Assembly (NCBI RefSeq): GCF_001194135.2
Contig: NC_068982.1
Location: 17,732,800 to 17,770,860, forward strand
DNA length: 38,061 nt
Origin: Octopus bimaculoides
Lineage: Eukaryota
Direction: 5' to 3'
Every line of letters begins with the position of its first letter. Within the stretch, counting starts at the first letter, position 1. The notes below the pieces were generated by a model. The model did not search any database. It was not told where the DNA came from and worked only from the letters and a program-made list of their open reading frames with translations. Below, piece after piece: positions 22,020 to 33,687 of the stretch. Position numbers and translations under genes: made by a program.

Positions 22020-23900
22020 TTGGCTATATAAGCAGTTTCTACTGTCTACTCACAGTTCATAGAAACAAAACTGTAAGTGACGCTTGTTAAAACTCTACAG
22101 CTGAGTATATTAAAATACTACATCCTGATCATTTGAAATTATAGTCAGCACTACATGTAAAGCACAAAGGCGAAACAATTTTTTGGACAGCTTGCTAAAA
22201 CCTTTTATGCAATATAATTTGGATGTGCTTAATCAATCAACTAATTCAGTCGAGATACAGCTATTGTTTCTTTTGAAGTCATTAATCTATACACCAATAT
22301 TCTTCATCCTCATGGAATCAGTAAAATATTGGTTAGAGGCATACCAAGTCCAATTTTCAGTCCGCATTGCAATAAACTTCATCATTAAAAGTGTGTGAGT
22401 CATACTACAAGATAATTACCTCTCATTTAACGATTTAACGTACCGTCAAACACCAAGAACTGCAATGGGAATCAAAATTGTTCTTACATACGCCAACCTC
22501 TTGTATTGGAGACATATTCTACACGTATCTAAATGAAGGAAAATATATCTAGATGACTGTTTAATTCTATCGCAGGAGAATCTAAATAAATTAATGAAAT
22601 TTTTTAATTTAATAAATAATATTAAACAGAATATTCAGTTCACGCTAGAATACAATCAGAAAGAATTACCATTTCTAGATATTTTAACCTTGAACAAATA
22701 AAGAAAAATAGAAATGTATAATCACTACAAACACACAGATACAACACAATACTCTCTGTCCACATCCTGCCATCCTAAACATACAAGAGCACACAAGAGC
22801 AAATATTCCCTTCAACTTAGCAAAAATGATTTGTAGAATTTTGTCAAACATTACAATATGGGATCAACGATCGGAAGAACTGAAAAACAAAATACTAATT
22901 CAAAAGTTTTTCCACTCAATTTTATTGTAAATGGAAGGCGGCGAGCTGGCAGAAATGTCAGCACGCCGGGCGAAATGCTTAGCAGTATTTCGTCTGTCTT
23001 TACGTTTTGAGTTCAAATTCCGCCGAGGTCGACTTTGCCTTTTATCCTTTCGGGGTCGATAAATTAAGTACCAGTTGCGTAATGGGGCCGATCTAATCGA
23101 CTGGCCCCCTCCCCCCCAAATTTCGGGCCTTGTGCCCAGAGTAGAAATGAATTTTATTGTAAATGGAATAGAAAAGGCAAAATGTTTAGTCAACCATAAT
23201 CCCAGAAAAAAAGATACCGTAAACATTTTATCTCTACAATTAAGCCAAGAAATAATGAAATATTTAGCTACATATGACACAGCATGAATTTTGTGGTTGA
23301 AAATGACAAAATGAAATAATTCTAGAAAAACAATCTGCCATCAAATGCAAATGACTACCGAAGACTTTGAAGAATGCTCTAACTTTTACGAGGATTTTCA
23401 AAGAAGTACCCAACCCCATGGCTACTAAATGTGATAGATCAAACTGTGGTACATGAAGGCTCCGAGTTAATATTTTATGATGGATAAGTCTTTAAAATAA
23501 AAGACAACTTCACTTGCAACTCCCAAAATGTAATTTATGCCACAACATGTTGTGGACGCTTGCAAAACTACAACGGGTAGACAGGCTCATCGCTTCGAAG
23601 AAGACTGACGGTGCATAAGCAACAGATAAATTATGAAAAGAAAAAAATACATAGGAATTCAAGTGGACATATAGCATCATGTGCCAGAATGGATATGTCA
23701 AATATTGAAATATTTCCATTTTAGAAATACACAGAATTCTACAACGGAACAAGAACGAATAAACAAGGAAAGATAATTTATTATGAAATATAATCCTGCT
23801 TGAACGGTTGACAAACGAACAAAGAAGTTGAACGAACGACTTCTTTGACTTAAGAACAATTGAGATTCCATTGCATGGACCGAATATATTCACTTACGCT
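22020..23900 (+). mobile_element. Decayed Penelope-like retroelement (RT plus GIY-YIG endonuclease), interrupted by a SINE
   Basis: Piecewise translation gives FYCLLTVHR (FYGLPKIHK-like), DSLLKPF, NLYTNI, ILQDNYLSFNDLTYRQ..TAMGIK..TYANL, YLDDC (22546-22560), HTDTTQY..SCHPKHT, NIPFNLA, NGIEKAK and a GIY-YIG remnant FTCNSQNVIYATTCCG..NYNG*TGSSLRRRLTVHKQQI (about 23509-23630). Confidence 0.9.
22937..23149 (+). mobile_element. Complete family A SINE with a perfect 19-bp TSD, nested in the Penelope element
   Basis: AATTTTATTGTAAATGGAA at 22918-22936 and 23150-23168; B-box-like GAGTTCAAATTCC; core TTGCCTTTTATCCTTTCGGGGTCGATAAATTAAGTACCAG. Confidence 0.95.
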
Positions 23901-24175
23901 TTGGATATATACAAAATATAATTAACCGTTGTGTGTATGCAACTAAATATGTATGTGTGTGCGAGTAAATAAGAATGTGTGTGCGAATAAACATGTGTGT
24001 ATGTATATGTGTATATATTTTATAAAGACTATTAAATTTTTACTAATAAACCAAATACAAGGCTAAAGTAAGCAGTTATCTATGACCTGTTGAAAAATAA
24101 AACTGAAGTAGCAATTCCTAGTCTTATATGAAAAAATAATAATTTACATTTATCTAAGTATCTGATTCCTTCTAT

Positions 24176-24352
24176 ATATTCTTTCTTTTCTACTCTAGGC
24201 ACAAGGCCCTAAAGGATCCCAGTACGCAATTGGTACTTAATTTAATGACCCCAGAAGGATGAAAGGCAAAGTCGACCTCGGCGGCATTTGAACGCAGAAC
24301 GGAAAATCGGACGGAATACCCAGCGCTGTAACGATTCTGACAGATCACCGCC
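24176..24352 (-). mobile_element. Family A SINE abutting and truncating the hammerhead of the left family H copy
   Basis: Minus strand GGCGGTGATCTGTCAGAATCGTTA...GTCGACTTTGCCTTTCATCCTTCTGGGGTCATTAAATTAAGTACC...GGGCCTTGTGCCTAGAGTAGAAAAG. Confidence 0.88.
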
Positions 24353-24435
24353 TGATATACCCTCCAGCCTTCATCAGGTGTCTTGGGGGAAATGTTGAAC
24401 CTGGGCTCTCATTCCTAAGGTATTTTTCGATGTTG

Positions 24436-24472
<37 letters not shown>

Positions 24473-24512
24473 GATTATGATTATTATTATTATTATTATT
24501 ATTATGATTATG

Positions 24513-24553
<41 letters not shown>

Positions 24554-24554
24554 G

Positions 24555-24589
<35 letters not shown>

Positions 24590-24590
24590 G

Positions 24591-24658
<68 letters not shown>

Positions 24659-24659
24659 G

Positions 24660-24700
<41 letters not shown>

Positions 24701-24728
24701 GATTATTATTATTATTATTATTATTATG

Positions 24729-24763
<35 letters not shown>

Positions 24764-24776
24764 GATTATGATTATG

Positions 24777-24840
<64 letters not shown>

Positions 24841-24841
24841 T
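24352..24841 (-). mobile_element. Family H (hammerhead-bearing) SINE copy, headless, with an expanded internal AAT array
   Basis: Reverse complement of the 24955-25050 region; carries GACAC-CTGATGA-A-GGCTG-GAGGGTATAT-CAG, cut off at 24352. Confidence 0.85.
24441..24836. repeat. About 132-unit (ATT)n array with interspersed ATG units
   Basis: Direct reading; this is the source of the poly-Ile ORF 24471..24860. Confidence 0.98.
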
Positions 24842-24844
24842 CCG

Positions 24845-24912
24845 TGGCCGTAGTGGTTAAGAGTGCGGGCTACTAACCCCAAGATTCTGAGTTCGATTCC
24901 AGGCAGTGGTTA

Positions 24913-24960
<48 letters not shown>

Positions 24961-25142
24961 CAAAAACATCGAAAAATACCTTAGGAATGAGAACCCAGGC
25001 TCGAGATTTTCCCGAGACACCCGATGAAGCCTGGAGGGTATATTAGTCGAAACGTTGTGTTAACAACAAACAAGATGAGGAGAAATATCCGTCAAATGTA
25101 AATAATGTACATAATTTCTCATCTCTTAAATATAGAACTGTA
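24845..25142 (+). mobile_element. Family H SINE: tRNA-derived head, (AAT)n, and a 3' region with a hammerhead-like motif
   Basis: A box TGGCCGTAGTGG (24845-24856), B box GAGTTCGATTCC (24889-24900), (AAT)n at 24914-24957, hammerhead-like motif at 25016-25061, no poly-A tail. Confidence 0.85.
25016..25061 (+). ncRNA. Minimal type I hammerhead ribozyme-like motif (dimer type); this copy is probably inactive
   Basis: GACAC-CCGAUGA-A-GCCUG(loop)UAGUC-GAA-ACGU-U^-GUGUU. The sister copy at 24382-24352 (-) has canonical CUGAUGA and GGCUG. Confidence 0.7.
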
Positions 25143-25509
25143 TTTCATGGAACATATTTGTCATTAAGTCTACAGAGCAAGGTTCATATATTATCTTATG
25201 AAATTAATTCTTATGTACTTGGGTTTATACCGCAGTTATTTATTCCTTTGCTAGTTTCTTTAATAACCTAGATGTTTTCGAAATAAATCTTTGATAGTTA
25301 TAATGAATTTTCAGATGTTGAAAGTTTATGTAGCCACTATTATTGGTATTTGTAATACAAATTTGATAACTCTTCCTAATTACTTTCTGTTTTTAATTAA
25401 ATCTCATTATTAAAAAAAAAAATTAGAACTGTGAAATTATCATGATCAAAAGATTAAAATACGCTTTTTTCTACCTCTGCCACCAACACTTTCTGTTTTG
25501 CACTAGCAT

Positions 25510-25553
<44 letters not shown>

Positions 25554-26199
25554 GAGAAAGAGCGAGATACATACACTCATATACACGTGTATGTATATAT
25601 TTTACTTGTGTGTCTATGAATGTATATGTGAGTAAGTGTGGTGGAGCGTTGGAAGTTGTTTTCATTTTAGAAATGTAAACGTCTCCGAGGTACATTGTCT
25701 GGTTTCGATGTTTTGAAGATTTTGAGTGATTAAGAATGCTTAAATCTTATCATCAAAAAATGACCTTAGTTTCACGAGGTTCTTTTGTTTAGCAAAACAG
25801 CAAGAATCTAAATATTAAAGTAGCTATTCATTTTTAATACGCCCTGTCAAATTCGAATGTGAATGCGCTGACCGCCGTCGAAATATTTATCGCAGGGCAT
25901 CTCTGTACCTCATGGATTATTATCAGTTTTGCAGATACTAGGGAACAATTTGTTTGCTGATTTCTATAAATTTAGTTTAGTTCGTTTAGTTCGTTGATCC
26001 AATGACTGAAGAAACACGTAATAAGATCGAAACACCGATTGTATCAGAGTCCCCTTACGAAAATGAATCGGGTGTGTTATGAACACATGTCGCCTTAATG
26101 GAGGATATGTTCTTCGATAACGAAATAAAACAACGTCAAGCATATCCACGTTCGAATCTATCGGAGCCTTTTGAGAATGAATAGATACGTTATTGTTTA

Positions 26200-26840
26200 A
26201 ACATCACTTTTTTCAACAATAGCAAGCGTTCTGCACAGTGGTTGAATAGAGACTAAATGCCAAAACACAATCCCTAAAAAGAATATGATATCTTGTGGTC
26301 CAGCGCTAATGGTGTCTGGTGGTCCAGCGCTGGTGTCATCCACTACAGCTTCATGAGACCTGGTAAATCAATTACAGCGGACGTATACATCAACCAATTG
26401 GATGAAATGATGAATGAACTTGCAATTAAACAACCGAGATTAGTCAATAGAGAAAGGTCAATTCTCTTGCAAGACAGTACTCGATCACATGTTGCACAAA
26501 GAACTATACTCAAGTTACAGGAACTGAACCGGGAAGTACTCTGTCAGCCAACATATTCACCAGACCATGACTATCACGTTTTCCAGGCATTAGACAACGT
26601 TTTTGCAAGGAAAAAAACTTCAAATCTGAAGAAGATGCAAAAACAGCCTTTCGTGATTTCATCACCTCTTGCTCTCCAGAATTCTTCGCTGCCGGCGTAA
26701 ATAAACTACCGTTAAAATGGAAAAAATGGTGTTCATATTTTAGGTGCTTACTTTGATTAACTGCATTGATTTTTGTTGAGAGAAAGTAAAGTAAGCTCTC
26801 AGTTCAAAATCAGATATTTCATTCTTTATGACTAGATAAT
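26200..26840 (+). mobile_element. 3' half of a second decayed mariner (cecropia-like, distinct from 30-1239)
   Basis: ORF 26293..26700: VWWSSAGVIHYSFMRPGKSITADVY..LLQDSTRSHVAQRT..PTYSPDHDYHVFQALDN; the C-terminal GVNKLPLKWKKWC remnant follows. Confidence 0.9.
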
Positions 26841-27574
26841 AATAATGACTTTTCCCTAATCTTAACACTGCTCAAGCAAATCTATGCTGACATCTATTCC
26901 AGACGTGAGCGTATTTCTAGAAATAGAGAAACATACGACAACAATGCGTCATTCACTTTTTAATTTATGACTTTTTAATATCTAGCTGGTCTGGTTATTG
27001 TTGCAATTAAAATGCCTTGTGTTGTATGACTAAATTATTTCAGTAGTATAATTGTAAAAACTATAATATAGTGAAGTCATATGTTGTGATCCTAATACTT
27101 TTATGTTGCAAGTGTATAACAGATTATGCCAAAAGCAACATTCCAAGTCTTCAATATTTCCATATTAAATGTCCAAATTAATTCCCTTTAGATATAATCA
27201 ATTAGACAATGACTGGATTTAGAAACATTTTCAGACAACAGCAGATGCATTAACTTAGGAAGTAGTTATAAGAATATACATATTCTAGATTAATATAAAA
27301 GACTCGATGTTTATCAATGGCGAGAAAAAAATTTGACGAATCGGATTCTAAATTTCCTTTGGGGCTATTTCGAAAGGATTTTAAGTGATTCCCAAATTTG
27401 TAGCGCCATGATTGGGATTATTTGCTATAATTTTCACTGTAATATTAATACCATACACTTAAAGTATATTCAGCTCTGTTTACGGTTTACTGTGATAATA
27501 GCATCTACTCTGAATTATAAATTGTTTCTAAGATAGATACAAGGACAGAAATAGGGTGAGAGTTAGCCGATAAC

Positions 27575-27700
27575 ATAGATCTTAGTACATAATCGGTGCT
27601 TTATATCATTAACCCTGGAAAAACGAGAGGTAAGATTGACCTCGGCAGGATTTGAACTGAGAACGTATTCAAAAGATATTTCGTCCAGGATGCTTATAGC
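27575..27700 (-). mobile_element. Degenerate family A SINE
   Basis: GATTGACCTCGGCAGGATTTGAACTGAGAACG is the reverse complement of the family A B-box/core region. Confidence 0.55.
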
Positions 27701-28159
27701 AATAGCAGCAGCGGCACCAGTGTCATGCATTGACAATGATCAAGAATCAAATACAAGATATGCACAACTTGGTTAACTTGCAAAATTGGTCTACAATATA
27801 TCATATATCAAGCCAAGTATTCTAGTTCTAAACCAAAGACGAAACCTCAATGTGGTCGGTCTACAAGCGAGAAATAGCAACCAAGTCCCCACAAGGAAAC
27901 ATTATGCAAAAATAACATAGTTGCGGCTGGAGCAACTTTGATTACACATCTGTTGAATCACATTGCTATGGGTTTAAAGAACAACAAAAACGATAAGGAC
28001 AGTAACAAACAATTTTGCTGTGTACATGTCCTCTCTAGTCTTTTGCTAAAATGATGAGAACAAAATCTCCATCACTCATGGAATGGAGGCATACATTTAT
28101 GATATTAATGTACTGTTAGAATGTTAAAGCCAAAATTGCCATTATTTTATAGGGTGGCG

Positions 28160-28430
28160 CTGAGGACGATATTGCCTTTCATCTTTTTTGGGTTCGATTA
28201 ATTAAGTACCAGTCGAACATGGGTCAATGTAATCAGCTCCTCTCTTAAAATTGCTGACCTTGTGTCAAGATTTGAAACCTTTACTTGGAGTGGTAAATTG
28301 GCAGAATCATTAGAGCGTCAGACGAAATGCCTTACCGTATTTCTTCCAGCGTTTTGTGTTCTGACTTCATATCCCTACGCGGTCAATTTTGTCTGTCATC
28401 CTCCAAGGCCAATAAAATAAAGTCCCAGTA
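28160..28430 (+). mobile_element. Two adjacent degenerate family A SINE copies (about 28160-28260 and 28283-28430)
   Basis: TTGCCTTTCATCTTTTTTGGGTTCGATTAATTAAGTACCAG; second head TGGTAAATTGGCAGAATCATTAGAGCGTCAGACGAAATGC. Confidence 0.6.
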
Positions 28431-29018
28431 ATGTCTGACTCAACAGTGTCGACCGAACGCTCTTCTTTCAAAACTATTTCCCTAGAAACAAATGTTTTTA
28501 AACAAAACACTGGAGACAGAGCTTGAATAGACCAGAATTCACTCAGTAAGTAGTCATCCAACGCATGCAGACATGTAATTTTTAAAATGCAGTATATTTT
28601 AAAATTTCTTTTGACATTCCATACCGTGTACTTAGTTTTCTTTGACGGAAAGTCTACTCTAAAAATGAAAAAGCAAAGAACACAACAAAGATAAAGTTTA
28701 GAAGCTTTTAATGTATTCTAGATATTAGATTTCAAGAGTGATTGCATCTGCTGTAACACATCTTCTTGAAGCTGAGCTAGAAGCAATTTTTACATCATTG
28801 TTGCAATATAGTTATATATCAAAAGCATGAAGACCACCAAGTTTGCAATATCTATTTTCTTAAAACAAACACAGTATCAAAGATAGGTTATGCATAGACG
28901 GCTGCAAGACTGTAAAATGAATAAGAAAAACTGAGTCACGCACAAGTGTCACTTTACCCTTGGTTATTTTCTATAACGTAGAATATTCTATGATACAGAA
29001 TACATAATTACATAACAT

Positions 29019-29076
<58 letters not shown>

Positions 29077-29327
29077 CGCGCAAACATGCGCGCGCACACG
29101 CACACACACACTTTACTCCCACACGTATGCTATTATTTAGTTTTCTTTCTAATCTTTTTTGTCACTGGATAAAGAACCTTTTTCTAATCTAGGTCCCTGG
29201 CTTCTTCACTGGAATTTCAACTTCAACAGGGTTGCTATGCACGTTGTAGTTATGTGCAAATATTTGGAGTCAGTGCATGTGTAAGAACTATACATTTGGT
29301 TTTATGTATCTATACTCATATATATAT

Positions 29328-29517
29328 ATTCTTTTCTACTCTAGGCACAAGGCCCGAAATTTTGGGTGAGGAGGATAGTCGATTAGATCGACCCTAATAC
29401 GCAACTGGTACTTAATTTATCGACTTCGGCGGAATATGAACTCAGAACGTAAGGATAGACGAAATACCACTAAGCATTTCGCCCGGCGTTCTAACGTTTT
29501 TGCTAGCTAGTCGCTTT
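29328..29517 (-). mobile_element. Family A SINE with a short internal deletion between two TCGAC repeats
   Basis: Plus strand TTATCGAC|TTCGGCGG lacks the roughly 26-bp segment between the two TCGAC motifs that is present in the 22937 copy. Confidence 0.85.
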
Positions 29518-29519
29518 AC

Positions 29520-29770
29520 TCATATACTCAAGTTCGGGCAAGGTGGTTTATGGAAGATCAGCAGTCGCCCATGCATACCAGCCTCCCTTCTCCACGCCAC
29601 CAGTGTTAACCAAAGGAAAGGCAAAGGCCGATACAGCTTGGCACCAGTGACGTCACAACTCATTTCTACAGCTGAGTGAACTGGAGCAAGGTGAAATAAA
29701 GTGTCTTGCTCAAGAATACAACACACAGCCCGGTTCGGGATTCGAACTCACTACCTCTAACCATTCGCCT
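29520..29770 (-). mobile_element. Family C SINE with a different 3' part
   Basis: Minus strand GAGTTCGAATCCC..TTGTATTCTTGAGCAAGACACTTTATTTCACCTTGCTCCAGTTCACTCAGCT. Confidence 0.75.
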
Positions 29771-30699
29771 TAGCAAACCTTAATTTGCTTATAAATTAAT
29801 GATGAAACTGGCATGAGATACAGCCAGAATGTGTATGTTTTAATTGGCATCAGGATTACCAAACCAAATTATACACATACACACGTAAAGTAATGAGGTA
29901 TTCGTGCACCACAGGATACATTGTAAGTAGACGTAGCGAGTTGTTTTCCCCCAGAAGTGCTCACCAACTTTTAACGCAACTTAGGAATCATTTGGTGTTA
30001 CAAAAGGGAAAGAATAGTATGACTTGATATCATAACTCGTAGCAATCCATCGCTAAAGAATATATTGTTTCAAGAATTGCATCTTCCATCAGACGGTTTA
30101 CAAAAAAGATAGAATTTCTGTGCTGAGCAAAATAAATTCTCGGTTACAAAGGAGTGCCCGTAAAACTTTCCGGAGCGGATCAATGTATATCCAACTGGAT
30201 GAAATATCTTTGAAAGAAAAGCTATTTCAAAATGCTCAACACGCGTTTCACTTTCTTGGGACATAAATACACGATAACAAGATACATACGAAAATCACAA
30301 CGTAAATCATACTTCGTTTTAGAGAGGTATCTTCCGTAGAAGTGCCGGGCTTGAGAAGCATTGAATTAATTTTGCAGAAAAATATATGCTAAACTTCGCT
30401 TCAAATTAACCTCTCAAATTTCACCTCGGACACACAAACACATAGACGCATACGAACACGTATATCATGTATATGTGACTTTTATATGTAAGGGTACATA
30501 AAATGCCAGGTTTGTACAATTGAGTCTACTCTAATGTAAATCAAATTCTATGTTCAAATTATATCTTTCTTCACCTCAATCGACCGTAGGTTATTTTCAG
30601 ATTTGATGAATGACTCGCACAACTATAATATTTCAAAAACAATTTGCTGTGAAAGTGTCGATTATGTTATATTATAATAATACATGAGAGGGCATATGG

Positions 30700-30850
30700 C
30701 ATAATTGTGAGGGTGTTGCATTCATGAGAGATACTGTGTTCTTGAGCAAAACACTTTGTCTCACATTGCTTTGCGATCACTTCGATGCCTGACGTTTGGT
30801 TCACTGTGTATTATTCAGGAAACGCCGATTTGATGAATAGAGTGAGCTAT
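30700..30850 (+). mobile_element. Degenerate family C-like SINE
   Basis: CTGTGTTCTTGAGCAAAACACTTTGTCTCACATTGCT segment. Confidence 0.45.
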
Positions 30851-31011
30851 ACATTTGATGACCATATTTGATTACTATAAACATCAGTATATTTGAGCAC
30901 ATATATTTGATCACTATAAACAAATCACTTGCGCTGGCCGTTCAGTAAGAGATTGCATAAGAGTCTCGAACTACGAGAGACTACAATCATACTAATATAT
31001 ACACGCGCGCG

Positions 31012-31060
<49 letters not shown>

Positions 31061-32672
31061 ACAGGTTGTCTGTATATCTATCTATCTATCTATCTATCTA
31101 TATATCTATCTATCTGTCTGTCTGTCTATGTGTGTGTATGTACACGCGCACACGCACACACATATTCTTTAACCCACTACCAAATGAAGCGTACGTAGCT
31201 TGTTGATCAGTTGCCGTTTTGACAATTGATTGTCAGTTATATCAGCTACCCAATTCCGCGAAAGAGAAAATCTGCCATGATTCTATTCAACCGTCATCAT
31301 ATTATTCATTATTCTTCGTATCAAGTATCTAAATGCATTCATAAACAAATATTTCATATTCTTGTAGCAATGCATGTCTCAGCGTTTTCTCCACCTACTC
31401 TCTCCACACTTCTGCATGCCTACAGTGTAGATGTGAAAAGTTTTACTCATTCAACCATGTAAAAAGTGCCGAAATAAACATAATTTCATCAATAAAGGTT
31501 ATGTGTAACAGGCAGAGTTTAAATGTCCACTTCAATAACTTCTAATATATTTTCTTCTCATCTACGGCGCAACCAAGACGATTGGTCGTGATCATGAAAG
31601 AGGTAAGGTTGTGTGTTTTGTGCACCATTTTTAATGAAAATGCTAGAAAAAAAAAACACAAAAAAAAGAACTGTATGCAAGATAGAAACTATTTGACAAA
31701 TTTTGAAATATAAGAAAACAAGTAAAAAAGTAACTGTTTCTTATATGTATACAAGAGCAGATACACACTTTAAACCATCAACCCTGTAAAAAGAGTAACA
31801 TTATTTTAAGTTATATTTACACCTAAAGGCGTAGGCAGAAGACTACAAATGGCAATCTGTTATTGATAAGTAGATTTTCGAAGAATTATGCAAATTTAAA
31901 ATTAGTTTTCACAAGTCACTAATATTATTCAATATATCTCATCTATAGACGCTTGCTGAAAAAGACGAGTAAAAATCTAATTGAAAAGAAATAAATTTTA
32001 AGAATTGAAATTCTTAATTTTTAATAAACGAAATATTTTTAAACCACCCAAATTCAATTATATGATACAATTATATCACCTTTTTAAAGTCAACACAGTA
32101 TAGAACACGCAATATGTAACAATAATAACCCCAACTAATTGACACCCATTTGTGATACATCTAAATGGCAGACAATACTATAGAAAAATGTAATACTAAC
32201 TAGAACTTGTTAGCATTCTTATAATCATATATATATATATATATANNNNNNNNNNNNNNNNNNNNNNNNNNNNNNNNNNNNNNNNNNNNNNNNNNNNNNN
32301 NNNNNNNNNNNNNNNNNNNNNNNNNNNNNNNNNNNNNNNNNNNNNNNNNNNNNNNNNNNNNNNNNNNNNNNNNNNNNNNNNNNNNNNNNTTTACATTCAT
32401 CCACTCTCTTTCCAAGACAATTATTTCATACTGATTTACTAACGGTATTCTGAATGTGATTTAATGCGTTGCCGATATTTCGGTTAAAATGCTTTTCTCG
32501 TTACCAAATTAAAGAAATGGATTATACGCATTTTCTAACTTTTAAACAATCGCGCTGTTGGAGAACATTAAATTGAATAATGCATATTCGACGTCTGCAT
32601 TGTGAAATATTGCCTCTACAGTAGAATCTTTCTCTCTCTCCTATGTGTGTAACTGCATGTGTGCGTGTATGT

Positions 32673-32709
<37 letters not shown>

Positions 32710-32724
32710 CGGTGGGGTGGGGTT

Positions 32725-33085
32725 ATACATACATAAATCTGAAGATCAGAGAAAAAGAGAACACCTACGCTGAACTATTGAGAAATCTGCAGTTACTCTA
32801 TCCCGATTACAAGGTCAGGTTTATATTTGATATTATTGGGATCCTGGGATATTTAACATACTGCCTAGATATCAGTCTTGAAAAATTAGGTTTCCCAAAA
32901 CCAGAAAGGAGGGAGAAAGGTAATTCGAAGTCTACAGATAGAATCCATAATTGGAACCGTAAAAATCTGTAAAACTTCCCAGAAGTTTATCGTTTAAATA
33001 TATATGAGCATGTCTAGATATGCAACAATATGCATGAGAATACATATATAAAACAGACAAATCTGCACATACATACATACATACA
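32725..33085 (+). mobile_element. Second copy of the RLE-type LINE 3' end (same family as 14056)
   Basis: ORF-track 32643..32972: NLKIREKENTYAELLRNLQLLYPDYKVRFIFDIIGILGYL; 3' UTR ATATATGAGCATGTCTAGATATG..GCATGAGAATACAT shared with 14256-14305. Confidence 0.82.
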
Positions 33086-33638
33086 TAAACACACACACAC
33101 ACACACACANNNNNNNNNNNNNNNNNNNNNNNNNNNNNNNNNNNNNNNNNNNNNNNNNNNNNNNNNNNNNNNNNNNNNNNNNNNNNNNNNNNNNNNNNNN
33201 NNNNNNNNNNNNNNNNNNNNNNNNNNNNNNNNNNNNNNNNNNNNNNNNNNNNNNNNNNNNNNNNNNNNNNNNNNNNNNNNNNNNNNNNNNNNNNNNNNNN
33301 NNNNNNNNNNNNNNNNNNNNNNNNNNNNNNNNNNNNNNNNNNNNNNNNNNNNNNNNNNNNNNNNNNNNNNNNNNNNNNNNNNNNNNNNNNNNNNNNNNNN
33401 NNNNNNNNNNNNNNNNNNNNNNNNNNNNNNNNNNNNNNNNNNNNNNNNNNNNNNNNNNNNNNNNNNNNNNNNNNNNNNNNNNNNNNNNNNNNNNNNNNNN
33501 NNNNNNNNNNNNNNNNNNNNNNNNNNNNNNNNNNNNNNNNNNNNNNNNNNNNNNNNNNNNNNNNNNNNNNNNNNNNNNNNNNNNNNNNNNNNNNNNNNNN
33601 NNNNNNNNNNNNNNNNNNNNNNNNNNNNNNNNNNNNNN

Positions 33639-33687
<49 letters not shown>

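Noticed and set aside
24471-24860. 129-aa poly-Ile/Met ORF
   Set aside because: It is a translation of the ATT/ATG array inside a SINE.
24845-24905. Possible genuine tRNA gene
   Set aside because: It has A and B boxes, but I could not find a complete acceptor stem or a T-run terminator, and it continues into a repeat body; it is a SINE head.
25979-26080. Possible terminal exon FVDPMTEETRNKIETPIVSESPYENESGVL*
   Set aside because: Weak acceptor, short frame, no recognisable homology.
30059-30266. Open plus-strand frame of about 70 codons (…VYKKDRISVLSKINSRLQRSARKTFRSGS…)
   Set aside because: No start codon or strong splice sites and no recognised domain; the length is within chance expectation.
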